Assembly (NCBI GenBank): GCA_905178155.1 | Contig: CAJINV010000013.1 | Span: 300,344 to 364,343 of the forward strand | Direction: 5' to 3' | Source: Amoebophrya sp. A120 | Lineage: Eukaryota; Protista; Dinoflagellata | DNA length: 64,000 nt | In this document: positions 1 through 13,900 of the stretch, in pieces | Numbering within the stretch: position 1 is the first letter of the stretch | Layout: every line of letters begins with the position of its first letter | The notes under the pieces: model-generated | Seen by the model: the letters and a program-made list of their open reading frames with translations, nothing else | What the model was told of the DNA's origin: nothing | Databases searched by the model: none | Position numbers and translations under genes: made by a program

Positions 1-371
1 ACTAACGCACGCTATTGCCGCGGAGCATCTCCGTGCCTCCTCTGTTCATCATAGCCCCGTCCTCGCTATGATGCGTCTCGAGCGTCCGTTCTCACATCCT
101 CGAGCCCGATTAAAAGACAAATGCTGCTTGCTGTCTTGTCAGCAACGATGCTTGAGGAACAGTCTTCACAAGCACCGCACAACACACACGTGCGCACAGC
201 ACGAATGAACAGAAGCCAGCGAGATTGTAGTGGGACTACACCTCGCTGCAGTTATGTACTCTACGGTGGCCCCGCTGTATCACCGTACGATCCGGAGGAA
301 TAGTTTTCTTGGGGATACCCGGGGTATAAGCATGATACATTCCAGGGCGGATTGACGCTTAAGCCGCACCG

Positions 372-3300
372 TTACCCCTGAGCCGTAGAACCCGAACGGC
401 AGAATCCCTGCCTTGTCCTCTTCTGTTCGGGTCCACGAACTCCGTTCGTTCGTGCCGCCGAATGGTATCTTTTACTGCTTGTGTTTGGGTTTGCGTCAGC
501 AGGGTTCGATGGCGCGCGTGCTGTTGCGTCGTCCTCTTGCATGTTGTTCTTCATTGCTGGATCGCTAGCTCTAGCATGGATCTTCTGTTGGCTTGTTGAG
601 CCTTCCGCGCGCCCTCGCTCCACCGCGGCTTCACCAAGAAACTCCTGAATGATGTCGGTACTCTGCTCCGCATCCTCGCTGCGCGCGCTCTCCGCCTGCA
701 CATGATGAGTGATTGTGCCCTGTTCTCGCGCTGAAGTTGGTGGCACTCTCAGTGTCGAGCGCAGAATTATGTTTTCGATGTAAAGCTTTGGGTCCAGGAG
801 CGGCGACCGTGGCGCTTTTGTCGTTCTGCTATTAATGTGGTCGTGGTCATAATCGCCGAGCATGTGAGTCCTCTTAGCGTTGCTGGAGAACAAGGGCTTC
901 CTGCTGATAGCCATACTACCGGGCGCAACACTCCCAGCGAGCTCACAACCCGGACCATCCATTGTTCCAAGTGTTCCACACGAAACTTGCGGTCCGGGTG
1001 GAGCGACATTTTCGAGATATGGTTCCAGGTCATTTTCATGCCTCTTTAGCTCTCTCATCAGGGACTCCCAACCGCCCTGCGCGCCTGCGCCTGCGTTTGC
1101 TGCGGAGACCTGGCGCAGCCCTTGTTGTTGGGGGCAAGCCTTCTTGAAGCAGGTATTCGTCCGTGACGCGTTGTCACCTACTACATGACTTTCAACGGGC
1201 GACGCCGAAGGTGGTTCGCGGGAGGCGTTTCTCGTGTGATCGGTTTGGTCTTCCTCGCGATACTCGTTCCGTGCTGCAAGTGCTAGCCGCCCCGGAGATG
1301 GAGGAAAAAGTGTTGTTTGCGGAATTATTGTGTCCTCACGACCGGCTGGAAGATTTTGCGCCAGCGATCCTTCAAGTTGTACCGAGACCGTACCCGCAGG
1401 TTGGACGCAGCTACCAGACGAGCCAGAAGGACAAATACCTGCTCCTGTTGCCCTAGTGTTCGTCTTCGACGAAGCGTTTGAAGGTGGGTACTCGATCGTG
1501 TCTGAGCCATCCGCTGCAGCTGCTTCTTCCTGTTCCTCTAGTGCACAGGCTGAGACGGGGGGCTGCGGCTGCTCTCTCTCTAGTCCCGCTTGTTGCGAGC
1601 AGTTCCGTGTTGTACGCGATTCGCTACTAGATGGAGGCGCATCTTCCAGCGAACCAGAAGCATGCCGCTCCGCCTGCTTCCGGTGCTTCATCTCCACCGC
1701 CGGTTGCTCTTTGCTATGTTTCCTCGACGTGACGCCAGTCACGTTTTCGTTTCTATTTTCTTCGACTGAAAAATTTGTTGTCTGTCCAGGATCAACAGCA
1801 GCACACACAGCACCAGGAGCAGGCACCTCGCTGTTGTTTTCGTTGGCGTCAACATTATCTTCATGAACAGAGACCGTTCTCGCGACGCAGATTTCGCCTG
1901 GTGCCGTCGGTGCGGGTGCCGCGCATTGCTCTTTTACAACCACGTCTCCTGCGCCTTGCAAGTTGGAAGCCCCATCTTGAGCCACGATCTCCACCTCTGC
2001 GTCTAGCCGGTGAGCGTAGCCATGCCCGCCCGGATCGACGTCCTCGGCGAAGCCGAAGCTTTCTTGCACGGGAATGGTGCTACAGAAGGACGACTCATCC
2101 GCGGCCGCCGGCGAGCGCATCGACGAAGAGGAAGTGCCACTGTTTGCCAAGCCGGGTGGGGAGCCGGAGTTCAGCGATGCGAGAGCATCCATTTCCAGTG
2201 TTTCTTTCAACGTCGGCACGTACAGGACTGGCCGAAAGAACGCAGCAGTGGATGTTGCAGCGCCGTTACTCGTCTCTATGATTTGGCAGGACTTTTGGGA
2301 CGGCGCATGCAGTTCTGCCGAAGCAGATGATGAATCCACTTGTTCAGCGAGGGTCTCAGCTGCTGGCGCAGCCACCGATCCTGCTAAAGTCGTCGTCGCT
2401 ACGGAGGGTGCGGAAGCACGCGTTGGACCCGAATATCCCGCGCCGGCGCTGGACCCCGTATCTGATCCAGCTCCTCCACCACCAGTAATTCTTGCGAGTG
2501 GCTGATCGTGTTCATGGGGATTATTTAGCACTGCAGCAAGAATTTCAGCGCCGGGGACGGTCGCCGTTCCTCGAGTTTGACGTTGATACTGCACAGATGG
2601 TTCTTTCGGTGGACCATAAAGAGGTCGCTGCTCGACGTGTTGTGGCGCACTAGTAATGTCAAGGAAAACACCAGTGCCTGCACTAGGCGCAGACGGCGCC
2701 AGACCTGGTGTCGGCTAGATCCCGGTATAAACCAGCGGGAGCGGCTGCGAAAACGCAGGAGGCATCAAGGTCGGCTGTTGCAAAAAGGGCGGCTGAATCA
2801 TGCCAGGCCGAGACGAGAGGCACCGGGAGCCACTCCCAAAAGGACCCGGCGCCGACGATGCAACGGTCGAAGAACTGCCACCAGGGCCTGAATAAACTTG
2901 CTGCGTCTGCTGCATTGGAAACCGAAAGAAACCACTTCCACCCAGAGAGGCAAAGTTCGTAACTTGCTCTGGAACAGAAGGAGTGCTTGCATTCCCATTT
3001 ACAAATCCTGCAGACGCATCAGAAGAATGAAGATGCGCTTGAACGTGCGATCCTGTTGCTGTCGCGCGTGCGTGTAGTCCATTATGCAATTGCAACGTAT
3101 TGCGCCCTCGTGGTGCTCCGTGTGTCATGTGGGGCTCCTGTGCGCCGCCTGGGCGGTCGAGAGTCGTTGTACTAGTTGTCGTGCGCCTCAGTTCGTCGTC
3201 GTCGTGGTCCTGCTCCTGCGAGGTTGAACTTGAGGAGCTCGTGTTCGAGCTTGCAGCCAGACTCTGCGGACTTTTCCCGTGTCGGCCCTCTTGTTGCAGC

Positions 3301-6300
3301 GTTGTCCTCGTCGAAACGTCGTGTGCAGGGCTCTCACTTTCGGTCGTCGTATACCTATGCATTGATTATGATTTTTGAAGTAAAGCAAAATATGAACCCT
3401 AAACAAGATTTGAAACCCTAGACCCCTATCTGCGTCGGCCGCTGCTCTGGGCCAGTACGTAGTATGGAAAGTTTTTCTATTTTTTCGAATCAATACATCA
3501 AATCTTCTTCAGTCCGACTCGTTCATCAATCTCACCTGATTGACTCAGCCGGCTCGACGACCCTGACGCGACTCGACGATTTACAACTTCTTGATGATTT
3601 CGCTCCATTGCGATTATCGTCAATGGAAGACTTGAGTACGGAGCGCCGCGGCGTCGAAGTCACGACGAGCGGCTGCCTTTTCTTCAACGGCGGGGTCTTT
3701 AGAATTTGACTTTCCGATGGAGTACTTGCGACGCGAGCCTGTTCAGCAGCGTTTTGTATTTGTTCGTGGAGACCATAGCTACTCTTATTCGCATTCGTTC
3801 TATCTGCTCCTCGTACTTCTGACACGGCCGAGTGCTGCCTTTTTGCCTCGGCATCCCCGTCGATCTCGATTTCGGTTGCGGTTCGGTGAGACAGCATGAC
3901 CGGTGGTGGCAGGGTCGTAACGGAATCGCGCAGACCACCAGAATTCGAGTGTGTGCGAGCCGAACCCGCGTCGCCGACGGACAACGGACCAGGAATGCGT
4001 GTGAAACGCGCAGGGATCGCATCGACGGTAGATCCGCTGACTCTTCCCGTATTTGCAGCAGGGACCTCCGCGACAGTGACAGTGAGGTGATTAGCAGGGC
4101 CATCAGCTGTGCGTGTGCCTGCAGGTCTTGTCTGACGAAAATTCCAATGCGCGTCCATGCTTCCTTTGGAGCTTTCCGAGGATGCCAGCCCGGGGGGCCC
4201 GCCGGTGGATGACGAACTGCAACTGCTGGCAGCAGACACCGATTCTGGCACACTCCCAGAGGACCCAGCGGACGAGGAGTGACCTCGCGCGGGCGCTGAC
4301 GCTCCACCGAAAAATGCTGAAGCAGTAGCAGAAGTACTCGTCGTGCGGCATGAGAAGGAAGTCCTCGTCGCTGGGGACTGGCGTCGTGCTGGGTAGAAGT
4401 GCTGACGTGCTGGTCGTGTGCGGCCGCACTATTGAGGTCGGCATCTATGCCCCCTCCGCGCGCCGAGGACCGGTTGGAGTAGTTGGAGTGCGCGAGGCCA
4501 CCACTGCTACCGAAATTCGTCATTTGGCTGTAGTTGACGAGCGAGTCGGTGTTGAGACTGGACGCGCCGGGCGGATTGCTGTCGACGGAAGAGACCTCGC
4601 TCTGCTCTTCTGAAATGCGGCCCATCACCATCGAAAATCTGGCGATCGGGGAAAACACATTAGGCTGCTGTTGATGCGCAGGCGGAATTACGGAAGGAGG
4701 TGCAGCCGGCATGCCATGATCATGTGGCAGTAACGTCGTTGGCACCGGTCCGGTCGGCAGTTGGCAGCGTGGCTGAGAAGATTGACGAGCCCGTGGCGGG
4801 GAGAGAGTTTCATCTTGACCTTGGTCGTCCGAACTAGCTGGCGGGGTCGAGAGCTGCGGGGAAGTCACGTTGCATTCCTCGATTGTAGCAGGCCGCCCCC
4901 GCAGCCGCAGGTGTTCGGGGGCACCTCCTGCAACCTCAACGGGATCACCCTTGTTCGCTCGTCGGCCATTTTTAGCTGGCGGAAACGTAGGCAAACTCCG
5001 TGGCGTGACGGTCGTACCGACTCCAGGCGCCGCTGCGGCTGCAGCGTCCTGTGGTTTTTTATTTGCCTTTTTGCTTCTACTTCTCCGACGAGAAGACGAG
5101 GAGGAGGATCTATTGGCTTGCTTCCTCTCAATCCGGCCTTCTGCTTTGGCGCCTACTTCCGCTCTTGGTGTCGCGTGCGAGTCCACCATTCGCCCTTGCT
5201 GCTGAACAACATCACGAAAAGTCGAGATTGGCGGCGGTGGCGGGTGTTGGTGGAAAGATGCCGAGGCGGTTCTCCATCCGGTAGTACCAGTGCCACCTAG
5301 TTGTATACCTACATCAACATCTCCCTCCACCGCCACATCTTCATAATTTACGCGACGGAGCTTCATCCTAGTGCTTTCGTTTCCGTCTTGTTTTGAGCTC
5401 GATGAGGAACTCGACAGGGAAGGACTACTGGTATTTAAAATGTTGGCAAAAGCAGCTGCTGGCCCCGCCGGCCTCGGCCGCTCTACTTCTTGCAAATAAC
5501 GGCTACTAGTAGAGTTTGAGTTCGTTGACCTCGACGCATGTCCTTGTTGCGCCGCCCCATCTGCGGCAAAATAGGATTCTCTGAGATCGTTCGCATACCT
5601 TGGAGGTCCACCTCGTGCACGTGCTGCCGCTCCTGCTGCTTCGTCGTCTGATATCCGCAAGTCATCTTCTACTTGTTGAGTTCTTACTACTTCTTTCGTC
5701 ACACACGCAGCTGCACCGCGAGAAGCGTTGCTGCTTTGGGTTCTTGCTGTTCGTGCGCTAGAGCCGCTCAATGTGGACATGAAATTTCGCAGATCACTAG
5801 CGATCGATCGGTTGTGTTGGCTGCAACGGAGACGACCGCTGTGTACCGTCGAACTGGCCGAGCAGCTGGTCTCCCTCGAACTGCTTGCCGCCTCTTTCAT
5901 GATTGCTGGTTCGGTCTCGCGCACCTCCCGCGCCTGCAGCTCCGACCAATAAAGCCGGTGTACTAGTTGTAGAAGAAGTGGTTGTACTAGTAGAGGCAGT
6001 GCCAGTGGCAGTGCAGTTATAACCAAAATTACGAAGGTCTTCGAGCTCCTTGTAGTCTGCATGTGTTAGACGAGGCGGCGCCGGGACGGGACTTGGTTTT
6101 GCCTTGTTTGATGCGGTCTTGGTATGCGTACTATGCTGAAGAGATGCCAACGGTTTGCTACCTGCTGGTTCCAAATTCAACTGCCTCTTGTGCTGCTGTA
6201 CCATCAAGTCTCGGAGGTATCTTTCGTGCTCGTCCTCTGCGTCACTCGCTGCCGGCGGCTCTGCTCCGTGCCTGCCTTCCTTGAGAACTACGGTGCCCGA

Positions 6301-7900
6301 GAGACAAGAAGAAAGCTCACGCGAGCCTTCATTTTCTGCTGTCAAGACGATCTTGTTCGCTGCGAGTTGCTTTCCACCATTCTCAAGAAACAATGTGTCC
6401 TTAGTCGCAGAAGACGTGGAACTGATTTGAGTTTGAGTGCTGGGGATGTTTCCCGGTGTTTCAAAATGACTTGCCGATATCAAAGTATTTCTGACTCTGC
6501 CATTGCTAGTAGGTTTGGATTTTTCCATCTTCATTAATGAGGATGTTGGTGGATACATCTTGAACTACTAAGAACTTCGACTGCTTCTTCAAATTATGCG
6601 TAAGTACTGGCTCAGTATGTTCCATATACAACACGCCTCCTTGTCCTTGTTCTAGTTGTACAACTAGGAAATAGTGGCGGCCTTTCGTCACTTTCTTTCA
6701 ACTTTCTACAACATCAATCTTCAGCCACACTACATCAGCATTGCAATCAGAATCACCCTTGCGCTGCAGCCGCAGGATGTTGTGCCGCTAGAACGGCCGC
6801 TGCAACAGCAGCACAGAGACAGAATCAACAAAACCATACATGCTCATAAATCATTTCTTGGATCTGGTCTGTCTTCAGTTGCTTTGTCTCCAAAGCTGTG
6901 ACACACATCTGAGTGACTCAGTGCGCACTAAACATCTATCTTCTACTTCAACCGCTTAGTGCTCATAGTAAAATCTTCACGACCGCATCCATGCATTGTA
7001 CACGACAACGATCGGATCCCTGTCCGCACGATCATGTATGATCAAAGAATTACCACTGCTTATCCATGTTTTCCTGAGCTTCACATGCTACCTACGTCAC
7101 CTTGCGCAAGCAGCACCAAGCAAAAGTACGCACGAGAACGCCGGTAAAAGCCTGTCAATAGCAATCCTTTCGCATTCATCGCTCGCCCTATCATGATCCA
7201 CACACATGCACAAAATGATCGCGTCGACAATGAAATCGATCCTTTGTCTTACTTTTGCATCTTTGATGGTTCACGTTCATGAAATCGCGACGAGAAGCGA
7301 GCTCCTTTTTACCCTTGCCTCCAGGTGCTGGCGCTGCCGCAGATCCCTCTTCATCAACGATCCACCGGCACTGCAACTTTTACTTTTTGCAGACTACCAC
7401 CTGTACAAGCTCCAGAAAATAAGCGATATCGCATTTCAACACTTCATCATGCGGGGAGGGGAAACGCATACGCAAGAACTGTGAATCATTGAGCCGGAAA
7501 GTGATCTTCTTCTTTATCTTCAAAGATGATCGTCAACACGACTGCAGACAGCAAATATGATGTTTTGTCGAAGTGCATAATCTACGAGACGATTATCTTT
7601 ATCATTTTCTTTTTCTACAGCGTAAATTTCAAGAAGTAGACTCTCTGTCGACGTAAGTTGTACAACCGCATTTTATTGCCGCAAGCATCCGAGGAAGAGT
7701 TGGTAATCAGCTCAACACGATCAAGTTGGTGAGTCTTGTTCTGTCCACCGGCGACGTCTTCGTCGCACTGGGGCAAAGAAATGCCAGCTGCAGCAAAAGG
7801 CTTGTTTAAAATAAATCGCCTACTGCTACCCTTGAGTCTTGGCAAACAGTTCCTAAATTGCACTTCAATTCTGCAACCCGGTGGCGTTGCTTCGATCTTT
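372..7900 (-). CDS. Host gene (multi-exon or frameshifted/pseudogenised) encoding a very long Ser/Thr/Ala/Gln-rich, probably disordered protein; exon structure unresolved
   Basis: Chain of minus-strand ORFs 7615-7863, 6506-6691, 5797-6558, 3699-6062, 3532-4251, 2715-3362 and 372-2594 with similar low-complexity composition in the long ones, switching frame; no recognisable domain. Confidence 0.45.
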
Positions 7901-8306
7901 TTACAAGATGAAACGTCCCAGCGGAGTGTCTTTTGTCATAATTGGAAACTACTGAAACATTCAGATTGAATAGCGATAGCGAAGATCATCTCGCGGCGTG
8001 CGGTAGTGTTTGCGCAGGTAAAAAATGCGCTAAACCTAAATTGGACTGACTTTGCGCCAGTAAATAGTACCATCTCACCAATACCACTCTGTCTCAAATA
8101 TTAATGTCCTCCCGAAATACTTAGAATCCGTACAGGTACACTCGATGTCAATGTATCCATACGTAAGAAGCAAAGTGTTGGAGAGGACTCCTCTGCTGGT
8201 GTCGCATTTGCATACGACTTCACATCATCATATGTTTGAATTTGCTTTCAACAACAACATCAGCGCTACTTTACTATGTTGTAGCTGGAAACTTTTTTAT
8301 GCTATC

Positions 8307-8482
8307 TACCCCTGCCCCAACCCCTGCCCCATCCCCTGTCCCAGCCACTTCCCTAGCCCCTGCCCCAACCCGGGGCAGGCCCTGAACCCAGGCCCCCACA
8401 ACCCTAAGTGCCCTCGGCTTCCATAATCCTGAACCCGAAGCCCCTAAAGCCCGGAGCCTCCTACACCCGGATCCCCCTAGAG
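8307..8482 (+). repeat. Degenerate C-rich hexamer array resembling telomeric CCCTAA/CCCTAAA repeats
   Basis: cccctg ccccaa cccctg ccccat cccctg ... ccctag ... aaccctaag ... ccctaaa with 6-7 bp periodicity. Confidence 0.45.
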
Positions 8483-10699
8483 CCTAACTCCGCCGCTGCG
8501 AAATCTCTTCCAATTTCGGCGAAGCTAACAAGATGAAAAAACCAGCAGCAGAAAAACCAAAAAAAAAGAATCCCATCCGCTGCCGAGTCTGCAAACCTGT
8601 CAGACTTCGCGAATTTAGTGAACTCGCGGGAATTTGTTTCCGCTTCTGAACCCAGCGAAGGTCGGCAGATCAATCCGAATCATCCAACTCGAGGACGGAG
8701 AGGATTTTCGCGCCGTTTTCCCATTTGCGAAAAGAAAACAAAAAACAGCGCCAATCATTTTCAAACTCCGCAAAGCATTCCACTTTGTTGATAATATGCA
8801 ACAAAATGCAAAGCCCGGGCCGGATGTTTCTGGGCTTCGCCATGAAAGTCCCCCGCCTTTTCGAATTCGACAAAAGCCCGAGAATACGCACGGCAAACCC
8901 AAAAAACACCCCAAAAAAAAGCGCGCCCCTAAAGCAAACCCTAAGCCGCCCCCGGGTCGCAGGAGGGCCTCCAGAGTAAAATGCGGCCAAATGGCTCCGG
9001 ATCGGTTTTGGGGTCTGGCAAGTGCAGGCGGCGGCGGCAAACTTGGCGAATTAGGTCGACCCCGCGCCGGGCGGCGGCGGCGGTGCAGCCGCCCGGCGCC
9101 CAATTTCCCGCGGTCGCAAATGCGCCCGGTGTGCTGCGCTAGCGCAGCAAATCAGACCGCCGCCCGCCGTGCCTGTGCGAGTTTCCGCCTGGGCCGTGGC
9201 CTGGAAGCGCAAGCCTTCCGGGCGGCGCGGGGGCCTTACGAGCCCGCTCCCCGCCTCCTTCTCACATTCTGCGGAAGGGCGGGACCGGCGGGGCAGACTG
9301 CAACCCGCGGACGCGCGCAAGATATCGAAGCGCGCCGTCCCGTTCTTAGCCGGCCCGCCCCCCATAGTCTTCGCCGGCTCGGCCCCCCTTCGGCCTTTTC
9401 GAGCGGCGCGGCCGGGGCCCGGCTCGCACAGAAAGAACCGGCGCCCGGCCCCGATGGAGCGCGACGACAGGGCGAGCCGCCTTTGGTTTTGCGCACTGAC
9501 TTCATCGGCGGAGGCGGCCCAGAGCCGTCCCCGCAAGAGTAGAGCATGGCGGGAACTCGCGCGGTGGGTTTATGGGCATCATGTGGGCCAGGCATGCCGA
9601 ACCAGGCGCGGGCAGAATTAGGAAAGGGCCCACACACTTTAAAGCAATAGCTCCCTCTTGATTGAGGGGGATCAGTTGTCGCCCTAGAAGATAGGAGGGC
9701 CCACCCGGTGTGAGGGTCCATTTTTTTCTTGATTTTAGCAAACTGCACAAACTCCAAAAGCGCTGGACATTTGCAAATGTGGAACCCAAAAGTGTCAAAA
9801 TCCTCCCAGATTTCACCAGTAAACCTGCAATAACTGCGAAACTGGCCAAAACTTTTTTGACAACAACTTCTACGGGAACAATAAAGTTTTGCCAAGGTGA
9901 AGCAGGAATACGGGAAATTTTGGATTTGGTGGATATCCTGCGGCTAAGGCGTCCGCTGTGGCTGTACTCGGGTGACCGTGTGGCGTGGCTGTACATACAC
10001 CACACCGCACCAAGGAAGCAGTTATTCGGGGCACTCACTCAGAAAGGTGGGCCAGGTTTGGCATCTCTTACGGGAGAGCGCCATACTTGGTATGCGGACG
10101 GTACAAGCATCCGGTGCTACACGGACAACATCAAAAATGGTCCAGATACCGCGGGAAAGTTTTTCCCCCTTGCCACCGAATTTCCCGCGCGAAGATTCTG
10201 GCAAGGTGAAAGGAAATTGGAAATCGTAGAAGAACGGGGCGGCCTGCAGCGGTTTGCGCGACAGCTGCAGGGAGAAGAGCCAGCGTCGGGGGTATCGGGA
10301 AGTCAGGAAGAGTCACAATAAATCTTTTATTGATGTTTATAAAAAGTCTCTATTCTTTTCAGGGAACAACTTCAGGCTTAACAATTAGAAGAGAAAGAGA
10401 AGAAGTGATCAATTCTTTTTGAAAAGATCCAGATGTGAAGATCATCTTCGTGCTTATTTTTCTGTGACAAAAAGATGAACTCTTCAACAAGTTACTCAGA
10501 AAGGAAAAAGAAGACGTCTTTATCATCGGTAGAAGCGTCTGCTCATAAAAAGGTCTACACTTCCCGCGTGCGAACATTGGACAGATCTTAACTGCTGTCT
10601 CATTGGTTGGTGGTTTTGGTGGTCGTACTTGTTTTTTGCTTTTATTATGAAGAATTTCTTTTCAGGGAAAATCATTTTCAAACGGCTGTATCTTTCTTT

Positions 10700-10860
10700 A
10701 GGCGACAAAAAGATTTAAGATTGAAGTAAAAACAAAAAAATGAATCAACGCTACTTATTTGAAACAAGCGACACATCTCTATTGCAGTCATTCTTTACAC
10801 CCTCTTAAATAAAGCGACTATTTACAGCGACAACTTCAAAGCGACCCTTTAAGCGACATT
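10700..10860 (+). promoter_or_regulatory. Cluster of six (A/G)GCGAC motifs upstream of the LTR ORF, putative cis-elements
   Basis: ggcgaca, aagcgacac, aagcgacta, cagcgacaa, aagcgaccc, aagcgacat in an AT-rich context; mostly repeated at ~30480-30640. Confidence 0.35.
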
Positions 10861-10935
10861 TTGAAAAAAAGCCTTTCTTTGCTGTATCTCGAAAAGACAC
10901 TCTAAGATTAGCTTAATCTGACTCCTTCCTGCACG

Positions 10936-13900
10936 ATGCCGCCGAAGGCAAAGGCCAAGCCCAAGGCAAAGCCGCAGGTGAAGAGGCAGCCACGCAACCA
11001 AGGACTGCCTCCAGGACAACAGGCGCTGCCGAATCAGCAGGAACAACAGCCGCAACAGCAGATAAATAACGCTTTTGGTCAGTTCCAGAATCCTGAGGGT
11101 TTTTTCCCTATATTGGGTCCGAATGGAAATCTGATAGGGATTCAGCAGCTGGCTCCGGCTGCTCCTGCCATCGCCAACCCCGGGGCTAAACCGAAGGCGG
11201 CCAGGGGAAGACCGCGTACGTCTAGTGGACATAAAAGACAGCTAAAGGCAAAACGGCAGGCGAGGTGGAAGGAAAAGAAATTCGGGAAGAAGCAGCCGAA
11301 GAAGAAAGGAAAAGGGAAAAGGCAAAACGTGCTGTCTGATAGCTCGGAGTCGGAGGAGGAAAACAACAATTTTTTAGCAATCGAAGACACACAAAGAGAA
11401 GGCCTTCTTGCTATTAAGGACATTCCCCGTGACCTTCTGGCTATCCAAGACGAAGCCAACGAGTACGGCAATCGATCCCCGGCTTTTATCCCGGAGCAGG
11501 AACAAGAAAACACTGGAGGAGATGATAATGCGAACATGGAAAGCATTAATGTGTCTGTCACTCCAAACACCGGACCGGGTCCGGATCCATCTCCACCTCC
11601 GGTGTTAATTTTGGGAGCAAGTTCTTCTTCTTCCGTGAGCCAGAGTGTCGCACAAGGACAAGCGTCCTCGTCTTCTTCCGGTGCACCACGACCATTTCCG
11701 CTGCCGCAACTTCGTCCACGTAATCAGCCGAAGGCGAAAAATGGACTGCTAAGCATGTCCAGGATTAACCGTCTATGTGCCGGCGAGCCTCCGAGTTCCG
11801 GGTCTGATTCTTCAGGCAGCTCGGGATCTGACACATGCACGGAGTCAGAGGAAGACGAAGAGGAGCGCGCAAGGCGAAAACAGCAAAAACGTTTGAACAA
11901 AAAGAACAACAAAAGGCGGAAGCGCGGCCGCAGCGAAGACCGGGAAGAAGAACGAGCTGCGCGTCGCACTGAGATGGAAAAACGCTTCTGGCCTACCTAT
12001 GGAGAGGATGATGAAGAGGAGGAAGAAGAAGAAGAAGAAGAAGAGCAAGTAGATCTCCGCGGGGCGAAGTATGGGCCGATTGCAGACCTAGGAGACGATT
12101 TAAACGACTTTGAGGTCAGCGATGATCTTGAAGCGGGTCTGGAAGAAGGGGAAGTGTTGGAGGGCGGGGCTTACGTGTCTACTGTGTACGAAGATGCGCA
12201 ACTGCGGGTCACCATTTTGCGGCGACCGGGAGAGCGGTGGCCGAAGTGTCTGCGGGTTTTCTGGAAGACGTCTAAACCTACGCTGACTTTGGAAGGTTAT
12301 GATCCAGAAAAATGCGACCGGTTTCTTTACCAAAAGAAAGACACCGGCTTCGTTGACAAGGCGGAACTCACGGAGTGGACGCAGGTGATTGTGAACACAA
12401 TCGATGGAGAAAATCGAACTTGGGACTATTTATCCGACTCGCTGTGGGAAAACGACTATGTGCTTGATTTTATTAAGTACATGCGGAGCCGTCAAACTGC
12501 AGCTACCGCCGCCCTGGCTCCTGCAGTTTTAGACGAGTTAGATGACCTGTTCGCAGACGACAAGCCGGTCGCTCCGGCTGCACAAAATGCCTTCGGTGAG
12601 CCCGCAACTACGGATAACAGTAACTCCATCGCTCTAGTCACCAATACAGCTCAGCCTTCGACGACTACGACCTCCGCTCAGCCTTCTCCTACAGCAAACA
12701 ACACGGAAGAATCAACATTCGCTTCTGTGGCAGTAAATAATACGACGTCAGCTTCGACAAGCAAGAAAAAAGAGACGTTGCTGCCGACTGAATCGGATGA
12801 AGAAAATGGTGGAGACGATGGGGAAGACGGTAAAGGAAACAAACCGTCCCCCTCCCACGACGAAGAGTCACCAGCTTCAGTAAGTCCGGAAAAGTTATTC
12901 GAAGAAATTATTTCCCCGACGGAGGCTAAACAAAACCTGACTCGCTTCTTAGGAAACAGCAGTGTCATCGTGGGAGGACGCACATCGGCGAGCGGCAGCT
13001 GCGCCAGTAGTGCCGCGGATGACGACCATCGTTATCCTCCCTTTAAGCCAGGAGAAGACACAGATTGGGATCCTTCCATGCCGTTGCCTGCCACGTTTCC
13101 GACTATCAATTCCCCGGTGCACAATCCAGATGCGCAGACAGAAACAGTAGCGCAGAACAGTCCGACTTTGTCCGATCTGGATCATGCTCTGCCAGATCTA
13201 GACATTACGACTCTGGACTATCTCATCAACGTGACCGCGGAATTGGCTGAGCAAGTAAGTGAAGACGTTCAAACCGGTTCATCGCAGCAGCAACCGCCGG
13301 CGTTTCCGGTTGAACCGCTGGACCAATCGATTTTTGAACAAGTGGTGGCAGACCAACAACTTGCTTTGGCGTTGGTACAGGAAGAACAAGCGGCTGCGTT
13401 GGGACCGCTGGACATCGGCACGACCCTCACCGGTGAAACATATAATCCAGAGGCACACTTGCAGATCCTGCCAAATCCGGCTATGCAGTTCGCGCCGGCG
13501 CTTTTGCCGGGTGCTGCATCATCTTCCTCTTCCACAGTGCAGAACCACAACGACTTTCACCACCACAATGTAAACCAACATCGGTTGAACAGGAGACGAT
13601 CTATCCCACGACGACGACGATCAAGCTCGCGTGATAGACGGAGAACTCCTCACAGGAAGTGGAGAAGAAACAATGACTATGTAGCCACCCGTCACCGGAA
13701 CAACCAGCTTTACTGCCAATTGCACGGACAGAACCGCACACACAATAGTGCAGAATGCTGGACTTTGACTGATCGCGAGAAATACGTCGAGGTGTACGAA
13801 AACTACTGGGCTCCGCTTCGCATCTACCAGCGCGATTATGTGCAATGGGAAGAACCTGGGGACGACGATCAATGGTTGGACGACTCCATTGTTATGGAGA

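Noticed and set aside
6500-7990. In-frame stops within protein-like host sequence suggesting stop-codon reassignment
   Set aside because: Multiple ORFs of 700-2400 codons have no internal stops under the standard code; introns or decay are simpler explanations
8615-9895. Arg/Pro/Gly-rich ORFs in GC-rich DNA (similarly 61595-62706)
   Set aside because: Stop-codon depletion from high GC; no coherent protein signal
9710-10321. 203-aa ORF at the start of the 5' LTR
   Set aside because: It is the LTR copy of the Pol C-terminal tail, opened by chance from flanking DNA without an ATG
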